A stretch of 59,443 bases of DNA from an uncultured Demequina sp. (GCF_913055775.1 NZ_CAJXJX010000001.1:1-59443); one strand, 5' to 3'; positions 20,049 to 29,948 are shown, counted from the first letter of the stretch. The notes: generated from the sequence alone by a model not told the origin. Numbers and translations: made by a program.

Positions 20049-20062
20049 GGGACGTTGGTCCC
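20049..20062 (-). promoter_or_regulatory. DosR/DevR-like box upstream of hyhB
   Basis: Perfect core palindrome GGGAC-GTTG-GTCCC; -10 TAGCGT at 20021-20026. The group 3b hydrogenase of M. smegmatis is known to be DosR-regulated. Confidence 0.75.
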
Positions 20063-20346
20063 GACCTGCCGCGCGAGGCGATCTCAGCTACTAGGGTCGT
20101 CGAGGGCGGTGCGACCGAGATCACATCGGATCGTCTCGCCTGACTCCTTCGCACCGGCCGGTGTCGGGCCGCAAGCCCGCGACGTCCCGGAATGTGCCCA
20201 CCGGACGCTTCGCTCATCGCGACTCGAGACTGGAGCGATCTGCAGAAGCGCCCGATAAGAGTTGAGACGGCGACAATCGCCCGTCGCAAGCTCAAGTGCA
20301 AAGCTGAGCTCCACACCGAGCCGTCCGAGCGTGCACTGAAGGTCAC

Positions 20347-23300
20347 TTGGAGGTGTGTTACCGCGTGAACGAAACGGATGCCCGCACGTCTGCGACAACT
20401 CACGATGTCGTGCTCGCCTACAGACTCGCCAAGACCGATCTGTACTTCACCCAGAACGCTCGCGCTCTCGACTTGCTTGCGTACGAGGCTGACTTGGGCG
20501 AGCGCCTACGCTCGCTGCGCACCCGCATCAATGGCAAATGCAGCGATTGGGTCGATGACCCCGAGTTTGTCGGGGACAGCTACTTGGCGCCGAAGGGCTT
20601 GAAGGACTCGAACAACAGCACAACAGACGAGACCATTGAGCTTCGCCTGATGGCGCGCTGCAGCATCGATCTCCACGTCTTCTCCACCTACTGGATGATG
20701 ACCGTCGGCGAGAAGATCGATGCCGCGCTCTCAAGCAGCGTCCTCGGCTACAGGTTGCGCAGGACTACCCGCGAGCGGTTCAACCTTCTTGGGAGTGGGT
20801 CTTTCCCTTCATACATGCCGCGATACCGCAAGTGGCGCGATGGCCCACTGGAAGCGTCTAGAAAGGCGCTCGAAGACGGTCGGGAAGTGGCGGTGCTCAC
20901 GGGCGATGCCACCAGGTTCTTCCACTCGTTGGACCCGCGCTTCCTTGCAAACGCCGACTTCCTATTGCGATCGGGAGTAGAACTAAACGCGCACGAAACC
21001 CGCGTCAATCGCTTGTTCGTGCGAGCACTCGACAGTTGGAGAGAATGCGTGTCGCGCAAGCGGCCCTGGAATGCACAGGGCTTGCCAGTCGGGTTGCCTG
21101 CGAGCGCGGTAGTCGCCAACGCCGCACTTATCGAGCTCGACCGTCTCATCGAGACGGAGATCAAGCCGATCAAGTACGCACGCTACGTCGACGACATCTC
21201 AATAGTGCTCGAGAACGACGCCAGCTTCACGCAAGCAAGCGACGTATGGCGATGGATCGCACAGCGATCCGCGGGCGCGATCCAGGTCCTGGCGCGGGAC
21301 GAAGACTCCGCCGAGCCACGGGTGGAGCCGATCTCTCAGGTACTGACAGGCGACGTCGCAGTTTTCTCGCCCGCCTATCTGGGTGGCGCAAGCGTCAAGT
21401 TTGGGAATCGGAAGAACTCGCTTCTCAAGCTCGCAGGCACAAAGGGAGCAGACCAACTCAACGCGCTCGCAGAGCGCATCCGCGAATCGTCGAGCGAGTG
21501 GCGCTTGATGTCCACCGTCCCCGACAAGCCTGAGGCTGTAGGAGCCGAGGTCGCACGAGCTGTCCAACCCAGCGGAGACCACGGCGGAACTCTCCGCGAT
21601 GCGGACGTGGTCACGCTGACTCGATCACGGTTTGCGATCTGTGTGTCCGACTACGAGGCTTACGCTCAAGACCTCCCCTCGGCCTCGTGGGCCCCCCAGC
21701 GCCAGCGGTTCCTACGGGCTGTCAAGGATCAGGTTCTCGAGTCTGACGCGTTCTTCGAGCTCGGCTCTACCTTTTCGCGCGTCGTTGCTCTGGCCACCGC
21801 CTGTGGTGACTACGAGGAGGTCGCGGACCTTATCAATGGCGTTGCCACGTTCGTTGCACATGCCACGGCCACACATCCGGTGTCGATCGCGGGCGGCGTT
21901 GACCCCGGCGCCGGCCAAGCGACGATCGAATCAGTTTCCGTCTGGAATGCGTGGCGTCGAGATCTTGCCGAGGAGGCGTTTACGAGTGTTGTCGTGTCAC
22001 TGCCCGTCACCCGCCAAGAAGCTTGGGATATGGGCACAATTGCGGACGCTCTGTCCTCGTTGGACCCCACCAGGGATTGGTTTCGCCCGGACGACGAACT
22101 AACCGAGACCGTTCGCGCAATCAATGCTAGAGACCTCGGTTACGTGGCGCTTCGGCGCCAGTTCTTGCATGGGGAGAACGTGCGCCTCGGAGCAACGGGC
22201 CCTCTCCCGCGCCTTGGAAAGGGCGCCAAGTACCCCACTGCGCTGGTGGAGAGTGTGCAGGCGATCTCCGACATTCTCGCGATACCGGCTGGCGTCCAAG
22301 CAGGGGTGATGTTCGCCACTCGGCCTGTGCGTCTCGATGAGCTGTACCTAGCCCAGGCAGACGGCGACTCGAGGCCCGCGAGCGATTCGCTCACGCGCGC
22401 AATGATTGGTGCGCGTGGGTACGATCCGCGCGACTCTCTCGCTACCGCGGTCGACGAACCCACGACACGGTCCAGGACGCGAAACCTCACGCACTCGGTG
22501 CTGAGGGTAAAGGGGGGACGCAAGCTCTCCAGTGCCCGCAAGGTGCATGTGGCGCTCGGCGTTACGCAAAGCGAAGGCGACACCTGGAAAGGCGCGGCGC
22601 TAGGCGTCCCAGAACTGACGCTCGCCAAGCGAAATCGGCTCGCACGGCTCGTAAACGACGCGATAGGAACCCGGGATCCCATTGACTACTTCGTACTGCA
22701 CGAGCTTGCCATTCCAAGCGCGTGGTTCATGCGCATTGCGCTCAAGCTTCGCGCTCACAACATCGGGCTGATCTCGGGAGTGGAGTACGTACGCCGCGAC
22801 CCAAACCTTGTGGCGAATCAGGTCTGGGCCGCGCTGCCCATTCATCACGCCGAGGTACCGTCCATGTACATCCACAAGCAGGACAAACAACTGCCAGCTC
22901 CGCACGAGGAGGAAGCTCTTACTGAACTCGGAAATCTGCGCCTCGAGCCGAGCGCGAGCCGCAATGGTCCTGAGGACATTCCTGTCATAGACCACGGAGG
23001 CTTCTACTTCAGCCTCCTAATCTGCCACGAGCTGACCGACATTTCTGCGCGGGCGTACCTTCGTGGAAAAGTCGATGCCCTGTTTGTTCCCGAGCACAAC
23101 CAAGACACAAAGAGCTTCTCTTCTCTGGTGGAGTCGTCGGCGCTGGACATTCATGCCTACATCGTGCAGGCCAATGACAGGCGATTCGGAGACAGTAGAG
23201 TGCGTGCTCCGCGGAAGAAGGACTACCAACGAGACCTCGTGCGCGTATCCCGCGGTACACGCGACTATGTGGTCGCTGCGAAGCTCGATATCGATTCACT

Positions 23301-23454
23301 CCGGGTTCATCAAACCATGTATCGGCCGGACCCAAATGTGACTGGCTTCAAGCCCTGCCCAAGCGGATTCGAGATCACCCCGGCCCGCGCGAAGATACCC
23401 CCCGTCTCGCGACGCCAGACGGGCGATTCCGGCGGTCTCCCCCAGGAGGATTGA
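20347..23454 (+). CDS. Defence-associated reverse transcriptase fused to a C-terminal nitrilase (C-N hydrolase) domain; class 3 UG/Abi RT (UG1/DRT1, UG5 or UG6 type)
   Basis: RT motifs LTGDATRFFH, GLPVGLPASAVVAN, YARYVDD. Nitrilase triad in FVLHELAI (E), QDKQ (K), LLICHEL (C), plus VQANDRRFGDSR. Likely start is GTG 20365 after GGAGG at 20349. Confidence 0.88.
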   Translation: MEVCYRVNETDARTSATTHDVVLAYRLAKTDLYFTQNARALDLLAYEADLGERLRSLRTRINGKCSDWVDDPEFVGDSYLAPKGLKDSNNSTTDETIELRLMARCSIDLHVFSTYWMMTVGEKIDAALSSSVLGYRLRRTTRERFNLLGSGSFPSYMPRYRKWRDGPLEASRKALEDGREVAVLTGDATRFFHSLDPRFLANADFLLRSGVELNAHETRVNRLFVRALDSWRECVSRKRPWNAQGLPVGLPASAVVANAALIELDRLIETEIKPIKYARYVDDISIVLENDASFTQASDVWRWIAQRSAGAIQVLARDEDSAEPRVEPISQVLTGDVAVFSPAYLGGASVKFGNRKNSLLKLAGTKGADQLNALAERIRESSSEWRLMSTVPDKPEAVGAEVARAVQPSGDHGGTLRDADVVTLTRSRFAICVSDYEAYAQDLPSASWAPQRQRFLRAVKDQVLESDAFFELGSTFSRVVALATACGDYEEVADLINGVATFVAHATATHPVSIAGGVDPGAGQATIESVSVWNAWRRDLAEEAFTSVVVSLPVTRQEAWDMGTIADALSSLDPTRDWFRPDDELTETVRAINARDLGYVALRRQFLHGENVRLGATGPLPRLGKGAKYPTALVESVQAISDILAIPAGVQAGVMFATRPVRLDELYLAQADGDSRPASDSLTRAMIGARGYDPRDSLATAVDEPTTRSRTRNLTHSVLRVKGGRKLSSARKVHVALGVTQSEGDTWKGAALGVPELTLAKRNRLARLVNDAIGTRDPIDYFVLHELAIPSAWFMRIALKLRAHNIGLISGVEYVRRDPNLVANQVWAALPIHHAEVPSMYIHKQDKQLPAPHEEEALTELGNLRLEPSASRNGPEDIPVIDHGGFYFSLLICHELTDISARAYLRGKVDALFVPEHNQDTKSFSSLVESSALDIHAYIVQANDRRFGDSRVRAPRKKDYQRDLVRVSRGTRDYVVAAKLDIDSLRVHQTMYRPDPNVTGFKPCPSGFEITPARAKIPPVSRRQTGDSGGLPQED

Positions 23455-23493
23455 CTTGGCTTGCTACAACCGCGCGTGCGGGTCTCACGAGCC

Positions 23494-24237
23494 TCAAAGA
23501 TCCGAGGAGACCTGGGAATACAGCGACCCGCGGGCTTCGCGCATTTGACGCTCGAGGCGCTCGGAGAAAGCCGAGTCATTGACCCTAACACCCAGCTCGA
23601 CGTTGGCGTTCTCGGCGCTCCAGGACATGTTTGCACTCGTGACCACTACGAACCGATGATCGACTGAGATGAACTTGGCGTGATTGCGCACGGCCCTGCC
23701 ATCGAAGGGCTTGGTCGCGTAGATCTTTCCAGGAGCAAGCGTCTCGGCGATCTGCCTCGCATTCGGCCCGTAGCCACTGCCGGCTGCTTCTGCGTCGACG
23801 TAGACAGTGACCAAGACTCCGTCGCGCGATGCGGCCGCCTGGAGTTCGTCCCACATCCCGGATGACTCCTGGAAATTGAACGTTGATGCCACGACGGAGT
23901 GCCGCGCGCTCCGAACGAGATCTACCAGCGAGCCTGTCAACGCACCTGACTGAGCCAGGTGCCCCGGCATGGTCCAGATCGCGTCCACCGAGGTCACCTG
24001 CGACTTGGCACCCTCGATCGCCCACAGAGCCGCGACAAGGACCTCCCGTCGAGCACGCAAGCCGTGCGTCACAGCCAGTGCAGATACCTCAGCCCGCTGC
24101 TCCGCTCCCAGGACACTCAGCGCTGACCCGAAACTCTCGTCCGCATCAAGTGACGACGCAACAAGGCGTGCCTCCGTCCCGCTCAGAGTCTCTCCGAGAC
24201 GGCGCATTGCGTCCCCGAGGTCAGGAGAAGAAGCCAT
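23494..24237 (-). CDS. drmC: DISARM phospholipase D-family nuclease DrmC
   Basis: Single HKD motif HAKFISVD...TSANMS...NVELG; last gene after drmB. Confidence 0.88.
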   Translation of the reverse strand: MASSPDLGDAMRRLGETLSGTEARLVASSLDADESFGSALSVLGAEQRAEVSALAVTHGLRARREVLVAALWAIEGAKSQVTSVDAIWTMPGHLAQSGALTGSLVDLVRSARHSVVASTFNFQESSGMWDELQAAASRDGVLVTVYVDAEAAGSGYGPNARQIAETLAPGKIYATKPFDGRAVRNHAKFISVDHRFVVVTSANMSWSAENANVELGVRVNDSAFSERLERQMREARGSLYSQVSSDL

Positions 24238-26233
24238 ACCCGCCGTACCCAGGTAGGTCCACTACGAGCCGGCGGTCAAGGAAGCGGTTGGCCCGCTCGC
24301 ACGAGGTCTCGGACGCCATTGCGCAGGTGTGACACGCCGCCCCGTGGAGAAAGTCCTCCGGGTCCTTGGGCACTCGCTGCGCACATACTGGGTCGGACGA
24401 GCAGCGGTGCGAACGCGTCAGCGCCCGATCCACGATCCGGTTGAGCGACGACCGCTCGCTGAGGCTCACCAGGCCGCCGAGCGTCCCGTCCGAGTCCGAT
24501 GCGGTCGTCACGATGAGCAGACCCGCAGCAGCAGGGCGTTCGTCAGTCGCTTTCCATGCGTACACACGCTCGGACAGGCTTGCCGCCGAATAACCCGAGT
24601 ACATCGCCATCTCACGAATCAGCAGATGGCCAAACGTGTGCGCCAGCCAGTACCGCGCGGGCATGAACCTCGAGTCCGCGTCGACATCCTTCGAGGTCTC
24701 CGAGAACCGAGCATCGAAGTTCCGCTGGTGGGACGCCCGGTGCGCCTCCCAGAGGTCAGTCGACTCGATCTTGGCTTCCCACTCCGCAACCCGCGCTTCG
24801 TCAAGTTGGAGGAAGATGCCTTCGCCACGGTCTTCGGTCGCCACTGCCCACTCTGCACGGGCACTCCGAGTCAGCGGCACCAGCCTCGAAGGCAGGTCGT
24901 TCGCGCGCTCCATCTCGTCGATGCGCGTGAATCCCACAAGAGCATTAACCTTGCGCAGACTGTCGACCGCAAGCCCCCGGGACACCCCGAGTTCACGCAG
25001 ATCGCGATGGAGGTCGCCCAACCCAGTAAGCGCCAGGCCAGTCTGCTCATCTACATGATGAGCACCAGCGGGATCCCGCTGCAGGTAGTTCCACTCCGGT
25101 ACCAGTAGGTCGATCGGATCGAATCGCGCAAGCTCCGCTTGACGCTCTTCCTCGCTCGGCGGTGGCGCCATCGACGCGGCAATAGCAGCAACAAGGTCGT
25201 CGTCCGACAGATCCACCAGGCGCGATTCGACATCGTCCAGCTCCTCGCGGATGCGGTCCACATCGGCGTGGTACTTCTCGAGCTTCTTCGGACCGATCGC
25301 GGCCCGCAGCTCGTCACCACGAGTCATGACGGTTTCGGTCTCGCTCTCGGGCATCACGATGACCGACTGGGTGGCGGGAAACCACAGGTTCGAGGCACCG
25401 AGCAACATCACACGCGCCTGGTTCACGCACCCGTTCTTGGAGAAAGCCGCCAAGTGCGGGTGCCGCCCACGACAGCGCGGCAGCTTGTCGCGGCCAGCGT
25501 CACCTTGAGCCTCGTTCATGGGACGCCGAAGCCCACAGGCCTTGCACTCGATGGTGGCGGACGCACCCTTGCCGACGGTGCGCTCGAGCATCGCAAGTGG
25601 ACGAATCTCCGCTCCGGATGAGCACGCCTGCCCCTGGTGCACCCACCAGTCGTAAGGAAACTCGTCGAGGTGACCGTCGGTGCACGCCAATAGGTAACGT
25701 GCAGCGACTACTTGCGAGGGGTTCTTGCGGATGCGGCCGTCCGGACCTGGGCACTTCCGGTGCTCAAAGCGTGCCTCGTCGGGGCGGAAGGGGTTCGTGT
25801 TGACGTAGTTGAACTGGCTGAGTGGCCCCAGCTTGTTGCACCCGGTGCACCTGAGCCATTGCGGGAAGATCCGCGCCGGAACACCAAGGTCCTCGCCCTC
25901 CTTGTCCGCGAAGGACCGGCTCGGTGCCCAGGGGAAGGGGCGCAATTGTGTGACACCTGGGAGGAAGTTCTTCACTACTGCTAGGAGGCGCGGCGCGTGA
26001 ATCGTCGGCACGCTCTCACGTCGGTCCCAGATGCGGTCCCAGTCGTCGAGCCCTGCGGGCATGGCTGTCAGTTGCGGCAGGTCCATCACAGCGCCGGGAC
26101 CGTAGGTGTACAGCAACGACGACGGTCGAGCCGCGCCAACCTTTGCGCGATTGCGCGACGTCTTCTGCGCACTCGTCGCGTCCTGGTCCCCAAGCGGATC
26201 GAGGACTGCCTCATTCGGCGATGTCTCAGTCAT
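24221..26233 (-). CDS. drmB: DISARM DUF1998 protein DrmB
   Basis: RPSSLLYTYGPGA start motif, GHLDEFP, GEGIF and C-terminal CSSDPVC...HGAACHTC...ETSCE. Confidence 0.92.
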   Translation of the reverse strand: MTETSPNEAVLDPLGDQDATSAQKTSRNRAKVGAARPSSLLYTYGPGAVMDLPQLTAMPAGLDDWDRIWDRRESVPTIHAPRLLAVVKNFLPGVTQLRPFPWAPSRSFADKEGEDLGVPARIFPQWLRCTGCNKLGPLSQFNYVNTNPFRPDEARFEHRKCPGPDGRIRKNPSQVVAARYLLACTDGHLDEFPYDWWVHQGQACSSGAEIRPLAMLERTVGKGASATIECKACGLRRPMNEAQGDAGRDKLPRCRGRHPHLAAFSKNGCVNQARVMLLGASNLWFPATQSVIVMPESETETVMTRGDELRAAIGPKKLEKYHADVDRIREELDDVESRLVDLSDDDLVAAIAASMAPPPSEEERQAELARFDPIDLLVPEWNYLQRDPAGAHHVDEQTGLALTGLGDLHRDLRELGVSRGLAVDSLRKVNALVGFTRIDEMERANDLPSRLVPLTRSARAEWAVATEDRGEGIFLQLDEARVAEWEAKIESTDLWEAHRASHQRNFDARFSETSKDVDADSRFMPARYWLAHTFGHLLIREMAMYSGYSAASLSERVYAWKATDERPAAAGLLIVTTASDSDGTLGGLVSLSERSSLNRIVDRALTRSHRCSSDPVCAQRVPKDPEDFLHGAACHTCAMASETSCERANRFLDRRLVVDLPGYGGYGFFS

Positions 26234-29200
26234 CGTCACTTCCCTGGGATGCCTGCCAAGCAGGAGCATGCGTCAACTCGAAGGCCATCAGCTTCTCCTT
26301 GAGCGGCGTCACGAGCACGTTGATCTCCGGCTGCACCTCACGCATGGAGTTGGCGACGATGAGCGGAGGCGTGTCGGGCGTGTCGGACAGCGCTCGCGAA
26401 CTTTCAGGCGACAAGAGCAAGGCAGCCTGCTTCGTCTCATCGGTCACCCGCTCATAGACCAGTTCCTTGCCGTGCGAGACCGCGAACGCCTTTCGCTTCT
26501 CCCACTGGCCAAGCCGGTTCAGCAGCCGCTCGGACACCTCTTTCGCCTCCGACTCCCCGCCGGCCACTTTGGCACGCGAGACGATCACTTCGATCATGCC
26601 CTTGAGCCGGTCTTTGGCCGTCGACACATTGCCCGCACCCTTCTCGGTGGACACCGTGTCCTCCGCCCGAGTGTCGAGGACGCGTGCGGCACCCACAAGG
26701 ACACCATCAAACAGGCGCTCGATCGCTGTCAACGAGTACGGCGTGACCGAGAGCGGCTCCACCTGCGAGTAGAACGTCTCGTGGTAGTGACGGAACTGCT
26801 CGAAGTGCGCCAAGTCGCGGGGCCGTGCCCAGTTCCCCAGAGTCACGACGAGTCCGGGCCGGCCCGCGTCTCGACCCACACGAGAGGACGCCTGAATGTA
26901 CTCGGCGGTGTTCTTGGGCTGGCCCACCACCATCATCAAACCCAAGCGAGTGACGTCGACACCCACCTGAAGCATCGACGTCGCGAGCACCGTGTCGAAC
27001 GGAACGACGTCTCGATACGAGATCGTCTCTCCTGCCCTGCGGTTCTCGGCACGGGCGCGACGTGCCGCTGTCGTGTCCCACTCGGCACCAAACTCCACCG
27101 CCATTTGATCCAAGGTGGCGGTGATGTCGGTAGACGATGCGCGGGACGTCAGCTCTGCGATGTGCAGCCCGTTCGGTTCAGTGCCAAAGCGCTGCGGGAA
27201 GTTCTTTCCCGCTCGCTTCTTCCGCACGGCAGTCTGCACGTCATCGCGCATGTAGCGGGCCATGCCCGCCAGTTCACGGGTGGCATTGAAGTAGGCGACG
27301 AGCGTCATGTAGGGGTCCGCGCTGAATGGCGTGCTCGCCGAAGCCCGGTCCCCCAGCAGCTGGCCCGCCGAGAGCAGGGTCCCGGCAACGACAATCTCGG
27401 CAGCAGTCAGACGTACCCCCGTGGTGCTCACGCCCACGTAGCGGCGGCCGGGTGTCTCACGTGAGACCGGGACTTCGGCAGAGAAGTAGGTGTCGGAAAC
27501 GTCGAGAACCTGCGGAGGGAAGATCGTCGGCTTGCGGCCATACAGGCCCCGGATCTGCGCAGCAGCGTTGCGAACCGTAGCCGTCGACGCCACGACAAGC
27601 GCCCGCACCGGCCGTCCCTCGCCGTCCCTCCAGCTGCACATCAGGTCGATCGCCGTCTCAAAGGCGCCGACAGCGGTTCCCAGTGCGCCCGTGATGAGGT
27701 GTAGCTCGTCCTGGATGACCAGGTCGGGCGGACGTAGCCGCTCCACGGGGGCCTTGCCCTCGGCTGGTCGGCCATCCTTGGCCGGGTGCTTGCCGCCAGG
27801 CGACAGGTCACAGCCCGAGGAGTCGGGGTGCACGCAACCGTGTCGCGCGCACTTCTCCGTCACGTACCCGAATAGGGAGGCCGCCTCCCCTTCGCGCGCC
27901 AACCGCGCGAACTTGTCAACGGTGGCGATCACGAAGGAGGGCGTGAGTCGATAGATCTCCTCGTCGACGGTGAGGACCGGCAGCCCCTCCCCCGCAGAGC
28001 CACCTTCGGAGAAGGGACAATCGCCGAACTCATCGCCGCAGTACACGCGGATGCGGCGCTCGACGTCGGAACCCTTGACGTTCTTGGCGTCAATCGGCGA
28101 CCCGCACCATGGACAGCGCTTGAGCTGCAGGACCGTCAGTCCGCGCTTGCTGCCTTCAGACGATGCTTTCGCGAGTTGCGCAGCCGCCTCGGGGTAGCGC
28201 TTGGGGGACACGGCAGTGCCCACCCACAGGCCGATGCGGAAGGGCTCGTCGCCCCAGAACTCCGGAGCCCTGAGTCGTGCAACCTCCGCGGCACATACCA
28301 GCGCCGTCGCTCGCTGGAACTGCTGCGCCGTGAGCAGGCGGAGCGTGTAGCGCATTAGCACCGCGATGCCGGCGCACCCGTCGAGCTTGCCGTCGGGAGA
28401 CTCGATCACACCCTGGCGCCGCCGGATCGCGAACGTGAATGCAGCGAGGCCCAGGTAGGCCTCGGTCTTGCCACCACCGGTCGGGAAGAACAGAAGCTCG
28501 GCTCGGGCGACGTCGCTTGACCTACGGTCCAAGTGAGGCTTGGCCAGCGCTTCGATTTGCATGAGCACGAAGGCAATCTGGAACGTGCGCCACGAGTGCG
28601 CCTTGGGGCCGTCTGCCTTGACCTGCTCGACGGCCTGCGCCAATGACAACCCGGGCTTCGCCTTTCGCTTCTCAGCGGCCTGGCTCTGAATACGTTGGTC
28701 AGCCATCACACGGTTCATGAATCCGAAGCACAGTTGCGTTTCCGCGTCCACAGTGAGGAAGTCCAGGCCTGCGCGAAGTTGCACCGCAACGGCAGTAGCA
28801 TCCTCAACGGCGTCGAGGGCGGTCTCGCGCAGGTGCTCCGGCAGCCCCTCGGCTTCCAACTGACGCTCGGCAATCCACGCGTCATAGCCGTCGACGATGG
28901 GGCGCAGCGCGTTCGCCAACGCTGTGCCGTCACCGGCGTCGGCGAGATCGGCGAGTGCGAGCATGTCCAGAGTGGCACCTTCAATCTCGCGAGCGCGAGT
29001 CTGAGGCGTCTCGGAGACGGGCAGCCACGTGGTCCGCACGTGCGTCGTACGACGCGATTCAGGATTCATCGGCGCCCAGTCCACCGAGCACGTGCGGCCC
29101 ACGGCGAACTCGAGCCTGTCACGATACTGAAGCTCGAGTCGCGCGAGTTCGTAGTCGGTCTCAGCACCACCGTCCGCGAGCGGATCGGTGACCGGCAGGA

Positions 29201-29948
29201 ACACGTCGTTGCCACCGGCGTCGATGTCGAGACGCGTCTGATAAAGCCACGCATCGACGGGGATGCGACGCGGGGTGTGCTTGTCGTTGCACAGGGCGAG
29301 TTCGACGATGCGCATGTCGCCTTGGTCCATCACGTCGACACGGAGCACCACTCGGTCCTCGAGCACGATGGTCTCCGTCTCGCCGGGCGTGAACGACTGC
29401 ACCGGGACGATGCTGTGGTGAAGATGGTCCTTTCGCGCGTAGCGGCGTACGGGGCGGCCAGAAGGCGTCTCCTCGTCTGAGCGCTGCGAGTGATAGGTCC
29501 CCCACGAGGAGTGAACCGTCACCGACTCCAGGTCGCGGGGCACCTGGAAACGTAGCCCCATCGAGGCGGGGATCATGAGGCCGCGCCGCAGGGGGGCGTC
29601 CTCGCCTCCGTCGTCATCATTGGCGACGGGATCGTTGCCGTCCGGCTCGACGGGCACGCCGCGGTCGAGATGCTCGGAGTCATCAACAACTTCGCTGTCA
29701 GTCTCGTCGTCACCGCCCGCTGCAGGAGTGGGCCCTTCGACGAGTTTCGCGGGTGCGATGCGACCGACCAGGTATAGCGCGTCGGGCTGGGCCTCGAGCA
29801 CCTCGTTCTCGCCATTGGCGGGACCGAGCAGCTCGCGCTCGAGGATGTCGGTGAGGTTCTCTCGGTCGGTCCACGAGGCCCCATCCGGCGCGTGTGCCAG
29901 CGCGTATTCGACGGGACGGTCAGGCTTCGTGGTGGGCGTGTCCGTCAC
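26226..29948 (-). CDS. drmA: DISARM helicase DrmA
   Basis: FFPTGGGKTEAY Walker A, MRYTLRLLT.QQFQRA, QDELH, ATSMLQVGVD, YIQASSRVGR. Confidence 0.92.
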   Translation of the reverse strand: MTDTPTTKPDRPVEYALAHAPDGASWTDRENLTDILERELLGPANGENEVLEAQPDALYLVGRIAPAKLVEGPTPAAGGDDETDSEVVDDSEHLDRGVPVEPDGNDPVANDDDGGEDAPLRRGLMIPASMGLRFQVPRDLESVTVHSSWGTYHSQRSDEETPSGRPVRRYARKDHLHHSIVPVQSFTPGETETIVLEDRVVLRVDVMDQGDMRIVELALCNDKHTPRRIPVDAWLYQTRLDIDAGGNDVFLPVTDPLADGGAETDYELARLELQYRDRLEFAVGRTCSVDWAPMNPESRRTTHVRTTWLPVSETPQTRAREIEGATLDMLALADLADAGDGTALANALRPIVDGYDAWIAERQLEAEGLPEHLRETALDAVEDATAVAVQLRAGLDFLTVDAETQLCFGFMNRVMADQRIQSQAAEKRKAKPGLSLAQAVEQVKADGPKAHSWRTFQIAFVLMQIEALAKPHLDRRSSDVARAELLFFPTGGGKTEAYLGLAAFTFAIRRRQGVIESPDGKLDGCAGIAVLMRYTLRLLTAQQFQRATALVCAAEVARLRAPEFWGDEPFRIGLWVGTAVSPKRYPEAAAQLAKASSEGSKRGLTVLQLKRCPWCGSPIDAKNVKGSDVERRIRVYCGDEFGDCPFSEGGSAGEGLPVLTVDEEIYRLTPSFVIATVDKFARLAREGEAASLFGYVTEKCARHGCVHPDSSGCDLSPGGKHPAKDGRPAEGKAPVERLRPPDLVIQDELHLITGALGTAVGAFETAIDLMCSWRDGEGRPVRALVVASTATVRNAAAQIRGLYGRKPTIFPPQVLDVSDTYFSAEVPVSRETPGRRYVGVSTTGVRLTAAEIVVAGTLLSAGQLLGDRASASTPFSADPYMTLVAYFNATRELAGMARYMRDDVQTAVRKKRAGKNFPQRFGTEPNGLHIAELTSRASSTDITATLDQMAVEFGAEWDTTAARRARAENRRAGETISYRDVVPFDTVLATSMLQVGVDVTRLGLMMVVGQPKNTAEYIQASSRVGRDAGRPGLVVTLGNWARPRDLAHFEQFRHYHETFYSQVEPLSVTPYSLTAIERLFDGVLVGAARVLDTRAEDTVSTEKGAGNVSTAKDRLKGMIEVIVSRAKVAGGESEAKEVSERLLNRLGQWEKRKAFAVSHGKELVYERVTDETKQAALLLSPESSRALSDTPDTPPLIVANSMREVQPEINVLVTPLKEKLMAFELTHAPAWQASQGSDDD

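Noticed and set aside
20162-20183. TGTCGG hexamer upstream of the RT as a fifth PafBC site
   Set aside because: Ten nt downstream reads CGCGAC, which is not a -10 element.
20347-23454. RT as a retron, group II intron, DGR or CRISPR-associated RT
   Set aside because: No VTG retron motif, maturase/HNH domain, TR/VR repeat pair or cas1 seen; the C-terminal nitrilase points to class 3 UG/DRT.
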